From assembly GCA_044892525.1 (NCBI GenBank), contig CM097885.1:235724001-235788000 (forward strand): 64,000 nt of DNA. Direction: 5' to 3'. The position numbers were made by a program, and so were the translations under genes. The stretch comes from Schmidtea polychroa. Its lineage: Eukaryota. Of this stretch, positions 12,591-23,682 are shown in pieces. The notes under the pieces are model-generated. The model worked only from the letters and a program-made list of their open reading frames with translations. It was not told the DNA's origin and ran no database searches. Positions within the stretch are counted from its first letter, which is position 1; every line of letters begins with the position of its first letter.

Positions 12591-13324
12591 TGTATTAAAA
12601 AAAAAAAAATTTTTATGAATTATACGATGAAATTTATTCCCGAAAATAGCTGGATATTTGTCTATTTAAGGGTAATCCGAAGAGGATACTTGCCAAGCTT
12701 TGATAAAGTAAATTAATATATATATATATACCTTGACCACAAAATACCATTATGATATGTATTCCAATTTATAAGAGAAGTCCTATTATATTTACTAAAA
12801 AATGCCAACTTCGAACTGCATGAAATTATGTGATTACATAGGTTATTGCCAATTCGATAATTTGCATCACTTAAGAGAAATCAAACATCCACAGAGTGAA
12901 TAGCAAAGAGTAAATAGTCAAATACACCTGAACATACATTGCAAATGGTAGAAAATCTCCTAAGGGATTATATTTCCATGGAACCGTGAAAGATATAATC
13001 TCCATCTCTGTTCATGAATTTCTGCCGCAACATTGAAGGTTGGTCAACAGCTCTAAATGTACATTTAGGAGATCTGATTGTCGAATGAATCCCGGATGAT
13101 CTTCGTTGAATTAGATCCAATAGTGAACTTGACAGAAATGTAAAACCAAATTGATTACTAAAATTGAAAACTGAAATTGAAAACTAACATTAGAATTACA
13201 TCAAACAATAATCAATAAAATCCATACGTGAGGGAACAATCTTCAAAATTTAGTATGCTTGTCGCAGAAGGATTGGCTAATTTTCTTCACCTACTTAAAC
13301 AATAAGTTAATATGTTATTAGAAT

Positions 13325-13497
13325 CAAGAAAAATTTTCTTACCAATGAATCGATCCAAAATTGAACAACAATTTAATGTAGTATAAAACATCAAGAAAAT
13401 TTCCTCTTACTAATTAATCGATCCAAAAATCGAACAATAATTTAATGGGTCATTAAAGTCAAGAAAGATTTTTTTTCTCAACAATTAATCGATTTCA
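13325..13497. repeat. Three degenerate tandem units (~67 bp)
   Basis: TCAAGAAA...AATCGAT recurs at ~13325, 13391 and 13459. Confidence 0.7.
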
Positions 13498-14149
13498 GAC
13501 CCAAAAACTGTTCTTCGTAATGATAAAGATATTTTCTTTTAATAGTACTATCATTATCATCGTTATGTTTATACTATCATCAACTTGTCATACTACCCAT
13601 TCTACTTGGGTTATATTCAGAAATATAAATTATGAATTTCGATGAATGACCCCTCCTCCCCCCTCAAATCACGTAACCGTTAACCATTTCTTGAGTATAC
13701 CAAATTAGATTAAATTAAATTTCATTTTAAGGATAAAACTTCATAATTTTTCATAGATGAATTCCCAAACCGTGTATACGGTCATCTGATAAAAATATAA
13801 ATCTACGAATACGACCATTTCTTTAGGCATTAGTATTATAATTATTATTAATATTATCATTACCATCATCCTATGTCTATTGTTAAGATTATTCCCCTCA
13901 TTATTATTATCATTATTATTATTATTGATGTTATTGATATCGTGTATTATTATTATCTATTATCATTATTAATACTACTCACGTTGGCATTATTTTTAAC
14001 GAAGATTCGACTCACCCTAACTGACACATCGCAATACATAATAAAGGAAAACCTGAACATCCAACCGAATTAATGGTAAAAATCACGACTAATACATTGT
14101 TCCAGACGCAATTGGAAATATTTTGATATTTTTCCTCATCATTACAGAC

Positions 14150-14617
14150 ATGTCCAACACTGAACCAAGGAATGTACAGAGGGGTCACTCGTCAACCAAC
14201 TCGAGCCTCGAAATGACCCACGAGGAGGCAGACGAAGCCGTCCGATTAAGGGAGGACGCAGAAATCGCCCGGCTAAGGTCTAGATGGATCTGGTACAAGA
14301 TCCATGATTGGACCTACCAGAACATAATTCCAGTGATCCCGAAGGCGGAACCCTATATTAACTACACTTCGTTGGCTTTGATCGACGCATTCGACGATGC
14401 GAAGGAGGCGGTGGACCGGTTGCACCGGCTCGAAGTAGCAACCCTAGCCGGCGAGCTCGAGGACATCGACGGTTACGCCCGAGCCCAGTGCCATCCTAAG
14501 CGGACCTCAGCCCTTCGCCGTGGGTTGGAATGCCAGAGAAGTCTTCCGCGAGGGCCGGACCAGCTGCGAAAGCGCGGTCGTCCACGGAAGATCCGTCCAG
14601 CTCAGTCGAAGCGATAG
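14150..14617 (+). CDS. Orphan protein with a C-terminal AT-hook-like motif
   Basis: GC-rich open frame in an AT-rich background. Ends RKRGRPRKIRP. Pyrimidine-rich CAG acceptor-like site just upstream of the ATG. AATAAA shortly downstream. Confidence 0.55.
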   Translation: MSNTEPRNVQRGHSSTNSSLEMTHEEADEAVRLREDAEIARLRSRWIWYKIHDWTYQNIIPVIPKAEPYINYTSLALIDAFDDAKEAVDRLHRLEVATLAGELEDIDGYARAQCHPKRTSALRRGLECQRSLPRGPDQLRKRGRPRKIRPAQSKR

Positions 14618-15135
14618 CCGGACCAAAGGTCAGCACTGTGCGTCGTGCCTTGGGCAAATTCACATTTAAATTATAATAAATGACCAGGACTTGATTTAAT
14701 AAAAATTCCGATTTGCATGTATCGATTTCGATTACTAAATGTGTACAGTATTATTATTGTCTAACGTGATAGACGCCCTTTTTAATGTAGAGTATTACTC
14801 AATTATATCTGGTATATCAATCTAATTGTTGGTATTTTCTTTATTTTTGTAATTAAAGTTAACTAGCATACCCATCAATTATGCATATATGGTGTTATTA
14901 GGCAGCTATTATTCATACTCCAATTATAGTTTTCCTCATGTAGTTTGGCCCACTATACATCTAAGTGTTTGTTTTCCTACATTTCCTGATATCTCGAGAT
15001 TATCCCTACCAACACCAGAAGACTTTGGAGAGACTCTTAGGGTTAAAGCGGGGTTTAGATGCACATAAATGCGGGGTTGCGACGTGAGGATGGTGGCTCA
15101 TTTAGCGATAGAGGTCGTTATAGGGTACGAATACA

Positions 15136-15639
15136 TTGACGATAGCGCGGAAAGATATTGATGTTATCTTTGTTTTAGTGTTAAAGCTCCTAGAAGAGAT
15201 ACGGGCAGATAGAGAGCGGGCGCAACAGCAGGCAGAGGAATACTGGGCCAAGCTAGCACGAATCAAGGCCCATTGCCGGAATTTCGAATGTACCTGGTTC
15301 CCGCCAGCAGAAATGAAAAAACGGATGAAGCTGATCGCTCAACTGCAACTCCAGAGTGCACAGGATCAGGTTGAGTTGCGGGCCCTCCGCCTGAGGGTGA
15401 AGGAGCTGGAGATCAAGGTACACCAACAGAATCTTGATCGAGAAGTCATCTCCAAGGTCCGACCCATGAGTGAGTTGCTCCACAAACCGAAGGAGTACGC
15501 ACCACCGATAATCCCGAGGAAGAAGATCCGGCCGGGTAAAGCGGGGCGGGCGAGAATAAGACAAGCCAGCCAGGCCCAATTAACACTTCATTCTGCTGTG
15601 TCAGAGCCTACTCCGAAAGAATCGAGCAAGACACTATAA
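15136..15639 (+). CDS. Orphan coiled-coil protein with a basic C-terminus (true start uncertain)
   Basis: GC-rich ORF with E/Q/R/L heptad-like segments and PRKKIRPGKAGRAR. AATAAA about 20 nt after the stop. Confidence 0.5.
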   Translation: MTIARKDIDVIFVLVLKLLEEIRADRERAQQQAEEYWAKLARIKAHCRNFECTWFPPAEMKKRMKLIAQLQLQSAQDQVELRALRLRVKELEIKVHQQNLDREVISKVRPMSELLHKPKEYAPPIIPRKKIRPGKAGRARIRQASQAQLTLHSAVSEPTPKESSKTL

Positions 15640-16049
15640 GTTCTGATTGTGTTTTCCGAATAAATCGTTACTGGTACATCCATATCTGGGCATTTTGATT
15701 TTTTCATAACGTTAATTGTCGTAACGGGGACCTAAAGAAATCGGACATAGGCCTTCTATCGGCAGTCCGTGAACCCCAGTGGGTGCTAGACAATTATAGT
15801 ATGTTAAACATGCTCACTTTTTGCTAGTACCCAAACCCTTGATACAGTACCAACGTTGATTGCTCAACGGGTATCAAGTGGTCAGCTATAAATTGTATTC
15901 TGGGTTACGCTGGAAACAACATGAGGAGGTAGAGATTTTGCAGTACCTGTAACCCACCAGTAGCAATGTATTTAACAAAATGTAATGGTGATGACATTAA
16001 GGTTAACCTTTCTCCACGTGAAAGCTTGTTGAGAAAACCACACCATAAA

Positions 16050-16379
16050 TTAAAAGCAATTCCAAGAAAACCTAGAACTGTGCGATGATTTTGCAAAACA
16101 TGTTTTCAATAAAATTCAAAGAGGGTAGGTATAACTACTGCAAAAAATTGTAGTAAAAAAGTCATGACATTGTGAAGACTGTGATGGTTTTGTGTTTGAA
16201 GTGTTCAGTGCTCGAAGTGAGGCGGGATAGCCGGGATATTATCCCGGCATTGATTATGTAGGCGGAATTGCATCCCGGCACTTCATTTCATATAATCTAT
16301 AGGTTTATCCCGGTACTTATTTCATTTTATAGGCACACAAATACTGCAATTAAGGTCACACATAGTACATCCATATATG

Positions 16380-16410
<31 letters not shown>

Positions 16411-16630
16411 TCTTTATTCTCTATTCTCTATTCAATTAAGAATTTCCCAAGCAGCAGTAATGGATAGGTATGTATTTGTTGGACACCCCCGAAAGTTTTG
16501 CAACACCCCCAACTGAAAATTTCTGCATAAAAGCCTGGAATCCCGGGTGCCACAGCATGCCTATCCCGGCACATATTTTGTTCCACTTCGAGCACTGGAA
16601 GTGTTTCAATAAGACACATCGCAATGTGCG
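16050..16630 (+). pseudogene. piggyBac C-terminal cysteine-rich domain, split by a hAT MITE
   Basis: HKLKAIPRKPRTVR*FCKTCF...KKV..CEDC..LCLKCFNKTH once the MITE at 16206-16597 is removed. Confidence 0.7.
16206..16597. mobile_element. hAT MITE
   Basis: Perfect 14-bp TIR CAGTGCTCGAAGTG. Perfect 8-bp TSD GAAGTGTT. Confidence 0.92.
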
Positions 16631-17187
16631 CACATTAGAGGTCTATATATATTTCATGTATAAATAAAACTATTTTTATGTAATAATAGAGAGAATTTTT
16701 AAGTATTCACATTTGTTTTAGATATATCTTTCTACCGCCAAGTTGAGTGCCAGTCACCGGTGACCCCGTTGTATTCAACACGTTATTGATTAAAGTAGCT
16801 ATTGAATTTATTTATGATTTCACGCGTATTTGTAGGTATTAAATCAATGAATTTCCCACAAAATATAGATTTATTGACACCAAATTTACAACACAAAATC
16901 AATCATTTGCAATCAATTATATCACTATATCGAGTATGCTGTATGCTGTAAGTAGCAGCTATGAAATTCATCGGTGAAACTGTTCTGTCAATGAAATAAT
17001 TTTCCTTTCAGTTTCTTAAATGTGAATGAAACGTCTTAAATTTATTGCTCAATCCCACTGTTATCGCTTTATGTTCTAAGATTTTAATAATAATTACTGG
17101 CAACTGATTTTTTTAAAATTCACTCTTGCTAAGTAACTTACATTTCATTTAATAATCATTTCCTTCATGCCCATCCATAGTTTTGAC

Positions 17188-17237
17188 TAGAGTTGCCAGA
17201 ATTCCTGGTTCGGAGTGGTAAAAATCTGGCAACCTTA
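17188..17237. mobile_element. 50-bp hAT (Blackjack-like) mini element
   Basis: TAGAGTTGCCAGA...TCTGGCAACCTTA, flanked by TTTTGAC and CTTTGAC. Confidence 0.55.
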
Positions 17238-17256
17238 CTTTGACACGAAGAAAATG

Positions 17257-17567
17257 CAGAGCCGTAACAAGGCATTATTGTGCCCTGTGCGGTTCATATA
17301 TCTGGCGCCCCTGAAACCAGAATTCAAATTAGCCCATTTTGTGGACTAAAACTTTTCAAAATACACACCTACAAAGGCACGCTAATGGACCAGTCCAATC
17401 TGCAATGTTAAAGACATGCTAGTTAGTGTGTCGTTTTTTTCGTGCAGGCCATTTAATAATTTCTTTTATTTATATTTTGTTATTTTATGGTAACATAAAA
17501 AAATGTTACATTCCAATTTTGCGCCCTGTGCGACTGCACCACTCGAACCACCCTTGTTGCGGCCCTG
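17257..17567. mobile_element. hAT MITE
   Basis: TIR CAGAGCCGTAACAAGG / CCTTGTTGCGGCCCTG. TSD AGAAAATG / GGAAAATG. Confidence 0.85.
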
Positions 17568-18400
17568 GGAAAATGCATTCAACCAGCTCAACAAAGTAAT
17601 TCGATATATTTTGAATTTGTTTTTATTTACTATTTTCAATTTATTTTGACAACAATTTCAAAGTACATTTTTTGATTAATTTTTTTTCACCTTTTAATAC
17701 CTATTTTCTTTTTGTTTAAGTTATCACGATCTTTCAATGGTAATTTTTATTATTTTTATAACTTTGCACTTCTATTTTTTGCTTGTATAACAACAACTGA
17801 AAATCTCTCTTAAACTTTAATAAATTTTCGGGACATTTCCTGTGTTTTATTTCACAATTCAAAATGTCTTCTTTTTATTACCCGTGTCAAAAAATTTCAT
17901 TTACTTCTTTAAAAGTGGTCATATAATTTTACATATCAGCTGTAACAATTGAAATATAACTTATCATAAAATTGTTGAAAATATTTGAACTGACACTCAA
18001 ATTTGAAAATATTAATAAATGTTGTATTTAAACAAATGATATTTGGAAATTATTTTAGTGTAATAATTAAAGTAGTTCAACAATATTCTTGTGAGTAACT
18101 AAAAAGCCTTGAGATTATTTTAAAAATTATGACGTTTTAATCCCATTGGAAAGATTTAATAAATTTACCTCACAATATATTAATTTATTAATTTTTAACT
18201 AATCTTATTTTAATTACAGATCGTAAAAACTCAAAAATCTTTACGAATTATACTACTTACATTTCATTATGACTATATATAATATATAGTATATACTATA
18301 TAGTTATATAGTATATAATAATACTTTTATTGTATTTTAAAATTTGCTATAAATTGACGCTTCTATATGCAAATAATATTTTTTAAAGATGTTATACTCT

Positions 18401-19130
18401 TCAAATGAGAATTGTTATATACACCCACCTCTTTTTAGACAGTAGATGCGTTCCTAAGAAATCCGTATAAAAAAGTAGAAGGAATAGTTTCCTATAGTAA
18501 AATTGGGGATACCTTCCATGTGATCCGAAAACCATGTAAGATGAAATAAATAAACGTAAGAAATGATGAAAACTGTTTTGATATGTATACGAATTTTTTG
18601 GATATGTATACATTTTTTCCGTTATTCCGTGAATTTGGGTAACGAAGTTTTTCAATTTTTCTCTTGGGGTTATCAACGAATTATATAAAATTTTCCCCGT
18701 ATATGCTATTAGACATATCGACAATGGGATCATCCGGTTTTCTTCACTTACATCATATTCCACGTCCATGAATATGATGTTTCTTCTGATCTTATTTTGT
18801 TGTGCCACACTTCTTTCGTAATTTGCCACGAAGATTTTTCCGGTACAGTTTTGAAATTAGCTCCATCATTCTCCAAGATTTCTATCGTTCCTCTGACTAT
18901 GTGGATTTGCTATTGTTCTTCGTTTTTCCTTACCAATAACTCTGCCAATTTTATGTTTGATTTCCTTTCTAACTCAAAAAGGCATAGCATCATCTCTTCG
19001 TTCCTTATTCTAGCCCAATTCGGTATTTTTAAAATTTTCTTCTGCTACTATGATCTTTTCTGTTCGGCTCCTTCTTTCTCTTTCATAATTTTCATAAAGC
19101 TTCGTGCTTCTCTTAATTTCTTCCATTTGA
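18401..19130 (-). pseudogene. DEDDh 3'-5' exonuclease (REX4/ISG20-like) fragment with a charged N-terminal extension
   Basis: IIFMDVEY...PLSICLIAYTGKILYNSLITPREKLKNFVTQIHGIT matches the ExoI region of this family. Later motifs are lost to frameshifts. Confidence 0.65.
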
Positions 19131-19403
19131 TAATTTGAGTTTTCTTTTGTAATTCTTTAAAAATTTCTTTTTGTCGTCAAAGCATCTGAACAATCGTTAC
19201 TTTTATACCTTAAATATTTTGTCGCGACGGTGTGTGATTATTTACCCAATCAAATTAGATGACCCATAAATCCATTATAAATATTTAAATATTATACAAT
19301 TATTGATTTAAATAAAGTAATGATCACTGAAGGAGTATGAAAGAAATGTTAGGTCAATAGGATGCAATAATAATATCTTACTAAACAAATGTTTCTAACC
19401 ACA

Positions 19404-20520
19404 TCACATCATTGTCTGTGATTTTGAATATCGCGAATGATGAAAATGATTGTTCTTCCCTTTTGTCTTCGACATGATGATGTAGATGAGTAGGATACTG
19501 CTTGGTATTGCCACAATGACACATATGAAGGGTAATTCAACATAATTATTACTAAATGAGCTTTCGTTTTTTGACCATGAGAGTTTTACGGGTAATGTTA
19601 GATTAAAATCATTTGTTAATTCTCCAGAGAGTTGAGTATAAGGAAAATGAATATGTCTATTTTCAATGAATGTGATTTGCCATTGATCCGGATTGGTTTT
19701 CCACTTCCAATATTGCATTTTTATCACGACCTTGTTTGGTTTTGGTTTAGTTTTTGAGTTTGGAGTACTCAACTTTGCTCTTTGTCGGTATTCGTCTAAC
19801 ACCACCTGAATTTTATTATTTACAAAAACATTTACCCTTTGTCTGACACCTAGCTGGCGTGACACAATTATTTCCTTGTTCTCAATTTCTATTTAAACTC
19901 GGTTAGTTTCGTTAGTCAAGTATACTGCTTCGTATTGGCTTTAAACTTCTGCCCATTGATTATTCATATACGTCCCATTATCATGAATGAGTTTCTCGTA
20001 ATAATGTATTGAAAGACCGTAAGTGATATTTACTTGTAAATTTTTATATTTAACAAAAGATTTTCTTTTATTTAACGTTTCAATTATATGGTTTTGGAAA
20101 ACAATTCTGATTTTCTGTGGTTCTTCTGCTTTCCAATACACATGAATTTCATTTATCATCGGTTCAATTTCAACAAAAGTTTTTCACTCTTGTCCAAATG
20201 TTAATTTGTTAAAGGTTATAAATTTTTTGAGTAGCATTTTTTTGATACGTATATTGTTTAATGGTCCAAGAATATTTATAATTTGTTGTCAATTGTCGAG
20301 CTTCATATTCGTTTTGCTCGTAATTCAACGAGACAAATAGATTGCTAACTTCTATTTGTTCTGATATTTCGCGATGATACTTCCACGCAATACTGGTAAA
20401 CGTTGATTATATATATAAATTTTATCCATTAATGGTATTTTTTCGACTGCATATGGTAGCTTCATTGTCATTCCATTCGTATTTGATATGACATTTATTA
20501 AGACTGCCGTTATAAATAAA
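19404..20520 (-). pseudogene. env-like type I membrane glycoprotein ORF downstream of gypsy integrase
   Basis: Broken reading frame with six N-glycosylation sequons (NGS, NAT, NIT, NGT, NLT, NES), a hydrophobic helix LPFICVIVAIPSSILLIYIIM and a basic tail SKTKGK. Confidence 0.55.
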
Positions 20521-20523
20521 ACT

Positions 20524-22267
20524 TTATTCATATATTACACTGGCGTAGGGTTTTTTTTGAAATTTTTGTTGAATGATTGTTTCATCATTAAATTTCTTTT
20601 GTTTTGATGGTAATTGATATTCCATTTCCGAAACTCTTTTACATCGATTGTCATGAACTATAATTGTTTCTGCTCTTTTGTTATTTATTGGACGTAACTT
20701 TAAATTAGTTGCTGTTGCATCACACACGGTGTATGTACCTTTGAATGGTTTTTGCAATTTTGTTGATAGGCCTTTTACTGGCTCCGGTTTATTCAAATCT
20801 ACTAAATCTCCGATTTTTATTCCATGATCATGCGCCTTTTTATCATAGCTTTCTTTGTATTGTTCTTGACGATACTTTATTTTTAGCCCCGTTCGGCCCC
20901 ATGCAGATTGTAATCGTTCTTTTATTGTTACTTTATAATCCGCAACGTCCAAGTATTGAGAAGTTGGGGGTTGAAACTCCAAATCAATTGGCATGTTGTT
21001 TCGTCTCAAATACATTAGATAAAAGGGTGTTTCGCCAGCACTCTCGTTAACTGCATTTCGATAAGCAAACAGACATGGTTTGATAAATAAGTCCCAATCC
21101 TTTTGTTTCCGATTCACATATGATGAGATCATATTGATTAAAGTACCATTAAATCTTTCTACTAACCCACCTGTCTGATGACGTATTCAGTGATTTATTC
21201 AGTTTATAAATACCAAATAATTCTGTGATAGATTTAAATAAATCACTTTGAAAATTTGTTCCTTAATCTGTTAACAATTTCTTTGGAGCTCCATATCTAA
21301 ATATAATCTTTTCGACAAATATTTGAGCAACTGTTTCTGCTTTCTAATTTGGCATTGCGTACGCCTCTGGCCATTTGTTAAATAATCACAAAATACAACA
21401 ATATATTTATTTCCATTTATTGTCTCGGATAAAGGTCTGATAATATCCATTGCTTAAAATCCAATTGGCGCTGCTGGGATTGGCATTGGTTTTAGTGGAA
21501 CTTTTATTTTCTTTCCCGTATTTTTTCGAGTTAGACAAATTTTGCACGTATTGCACCAATGCTTTACATCTTGGTATATTGTATTCCAAAAATACTTTAA
21601 TTTTAATCGTGACATTGTTCTTCTTGCCGATAAATGTCCACCCAATGCTCCATCATGATATTGTAGCAATAACGTATTTCGTTGTTTAGTTGGAACCACT
21701 ATTAATAATTCATCACCTTTAATATACTTTAATATGCCTTTGTGAATTACATATTTATGCTTTTACTCAATTAATTGTTTTAATTCATTGTCCTTTTTCA
21801 TTATTACGGTATGTTTGATTATTTGTTTTAGCTCATTATCCATTTCCTGATCTTGTTGTAGCTCTGGCATATTGTTTGCTGCTTTAATTAATGCAAATAT
21901 TGTATCTCTCAAATTTATTTCTTCTTGGCCAATATTAATATGATTTTCCTGTTCAATATTTGATTTCAAAATCATATTCTCGTAAGGCAACCTTAAGGTC
22001 ACCTTATCAATTTGCTTGTTGCATCTCGATGTTTCATCAACCATTGTAACGGATTATGATCTGTATAGAGTCTATACTATAGACAATAAACTTCCGACCT
22101 ACTAAATATTGTCGAAATGTTGTTATTCCATATACCAAAGCTAAAGTTCCAACATGTTTATGTAAAACTCTACTCACTATTTTAATTATTTCCAATTGTT
22201 TTTTGATATCTGAGAAGTCATATGTTCCGATCTCTAACAAAATATAACTCATAATTGTCAGCACCAT
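20524..22267 (-). mobile_element. Degenerate Ty3/gypsy pol (RNase H end, integrase)
   Basis: LALVYGITTFRQYLVGRKF (RNase H). HDGALGGH...CNTC (HHCC). YGAPKKLLTD and VERFNGTL (core). DWDLFIKPCLFAYR, ETPFYL and KPFKGTY (C-terminus). Confidence 0.9.
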
Positions 22268-22902
22268 ATCTCAACCCATTTCTCTTGTCATCATCTCAGC
22301 TATCACACTATCATCTCAAAACTCCATACTTTCTTTTACTTGTCCAAATACTACACAAGATCTCTTTTTAATTTTCTTTGCAATTTTCTTCACATATTTC
22401 TCAATTTGTAATTTCTTTGTTGATCTTTGTTAATTCATTTGCTAGAGCACGTACAGCTTTCTCAGTTTCCTCTGAGTCCTTCTGATCTCTCTCTTCTTGA
22501 AATCCCTGTATTATTTTACATCTCATTTTATACAAATTTCTGCATTGTTTTCCTTTAATATCATTATCAATCGTCATCTCTGTCATATATGCCTCATTTT
22601 TGACTTTAGTCTTTATCTCATTTTCAACAATAATCTCTTCTGTTTCGTTTCGTATTTCATCTTTTCAGTTTTCATCTCCTCTTTAATAATCTCTTCAGTC
22701 TCATTTTCAATTTCGTCTTTTCTCATTTCTCGTTCATCATACCTCTCATCATCTTTATTCATTATCTCATTTCCCAGTTTGGTAACTCAATTTAAAAACT
22801 TTCTTCTACTTCCTTTAATTTCAATTGTTTCACTGCAACTATTTCATTAACAAACATTTGCGACGTTTACTAATTCGTTAAAGATCCATTTACATCGAAT
22901 TT

Positions 22903-23680
22903 TCATGGTACACAGTCACAATCAAATAAATACTCATCATCATCATCTAACTTAAGACCTTTATACTTTAATACAATTATTCCATCATTGCTCATAATTT
23001 CTGCTGCTCTCCGTCGTATTTTACTCACTTTCGTACACCAATGCTCGTTTGTACATTCTACTCCTTGATCATTTATTTTTAACATTACTATGAATGGCTC
23101 AATATAAACTCCTTCTTCTCTAAATTCTTGTCCAAATTTTCGAATAAGCGCTTTTATCATTTCACTATATTCATTGTTATAAGTCTGACACAAACTAAAA
23201 TTTTTAATTTATCTTCCAATTCAAGTTCTAAATTTATAATATTAATTAATTTATCAGTAATAACATCTGTATATCCCTTGATCAATACTTCATTTAATTC
23301 AAATTTAATTTTATCGACATTATATTTGACTGGTTTCTCATTGGCAATCATGCTCACTATTTGTATCTCATTTTCAACACAATCTACTAAAATTTCGTCG
23401 TCTTCCAACACTCGGCCCATAAATCTAAGTTCTACTACCCAAACTTCACACTTGTGCATTATTTCTCTTTTTAGCTCATGCACTTTCTCGTATGTTTCAA
23501 TTTGATAATCGGATTTGGTGCTATCTAATGCATTTGGTTTGATGAATATTGGATCTAACCTTTTAATTTTCCGTAGAGATTGGCCAAATTCTTTCATAAA
23601 ATTTTCGAATACCTTTCACTTTTCCACACTTGCTGCATAACACTCTGCACAAAGTTTAATAACGGTTTTAAGTTTCAATA
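22903..23680 (-). pseudogene. Unknown ORF fragments 3' of the BEL pol end
   Basis: Overlapping ORFs 23157..23597 and 22903..23193 look like one frameshifted protein (LCAECY...; FDCDC). No family recognised. Confidence 0.3.
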
Positions 23681-23682
23681 TC

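Larger units (their letters stand above)
9626..16787 (+). mobile_element. Decayed piggyBac transposon with ~5.7 kb of nested material
   Basis: Degenerate inward-facing ends (CACGTTTGAATG...GACCGGTGACCCC near 9630-9672; GTCACCGGTGACCCCGTTGTATTCAACACGTT near 16753-16785). Transposase remnants lie at both ends. TTAA TSD is not cleanly preserved, so limits are approximate. Confidence 0.6.

Noticed and set aside
12385-13497. Short repeat arrays as possible CRISPR
   Set aside because: Degenerate head-to-tail units without unique spacers or cas genes, in a eukaryotic context.
16380-16410. (AT)n tract
   Set aside because: An ordinary microsatellite inside a MITE.
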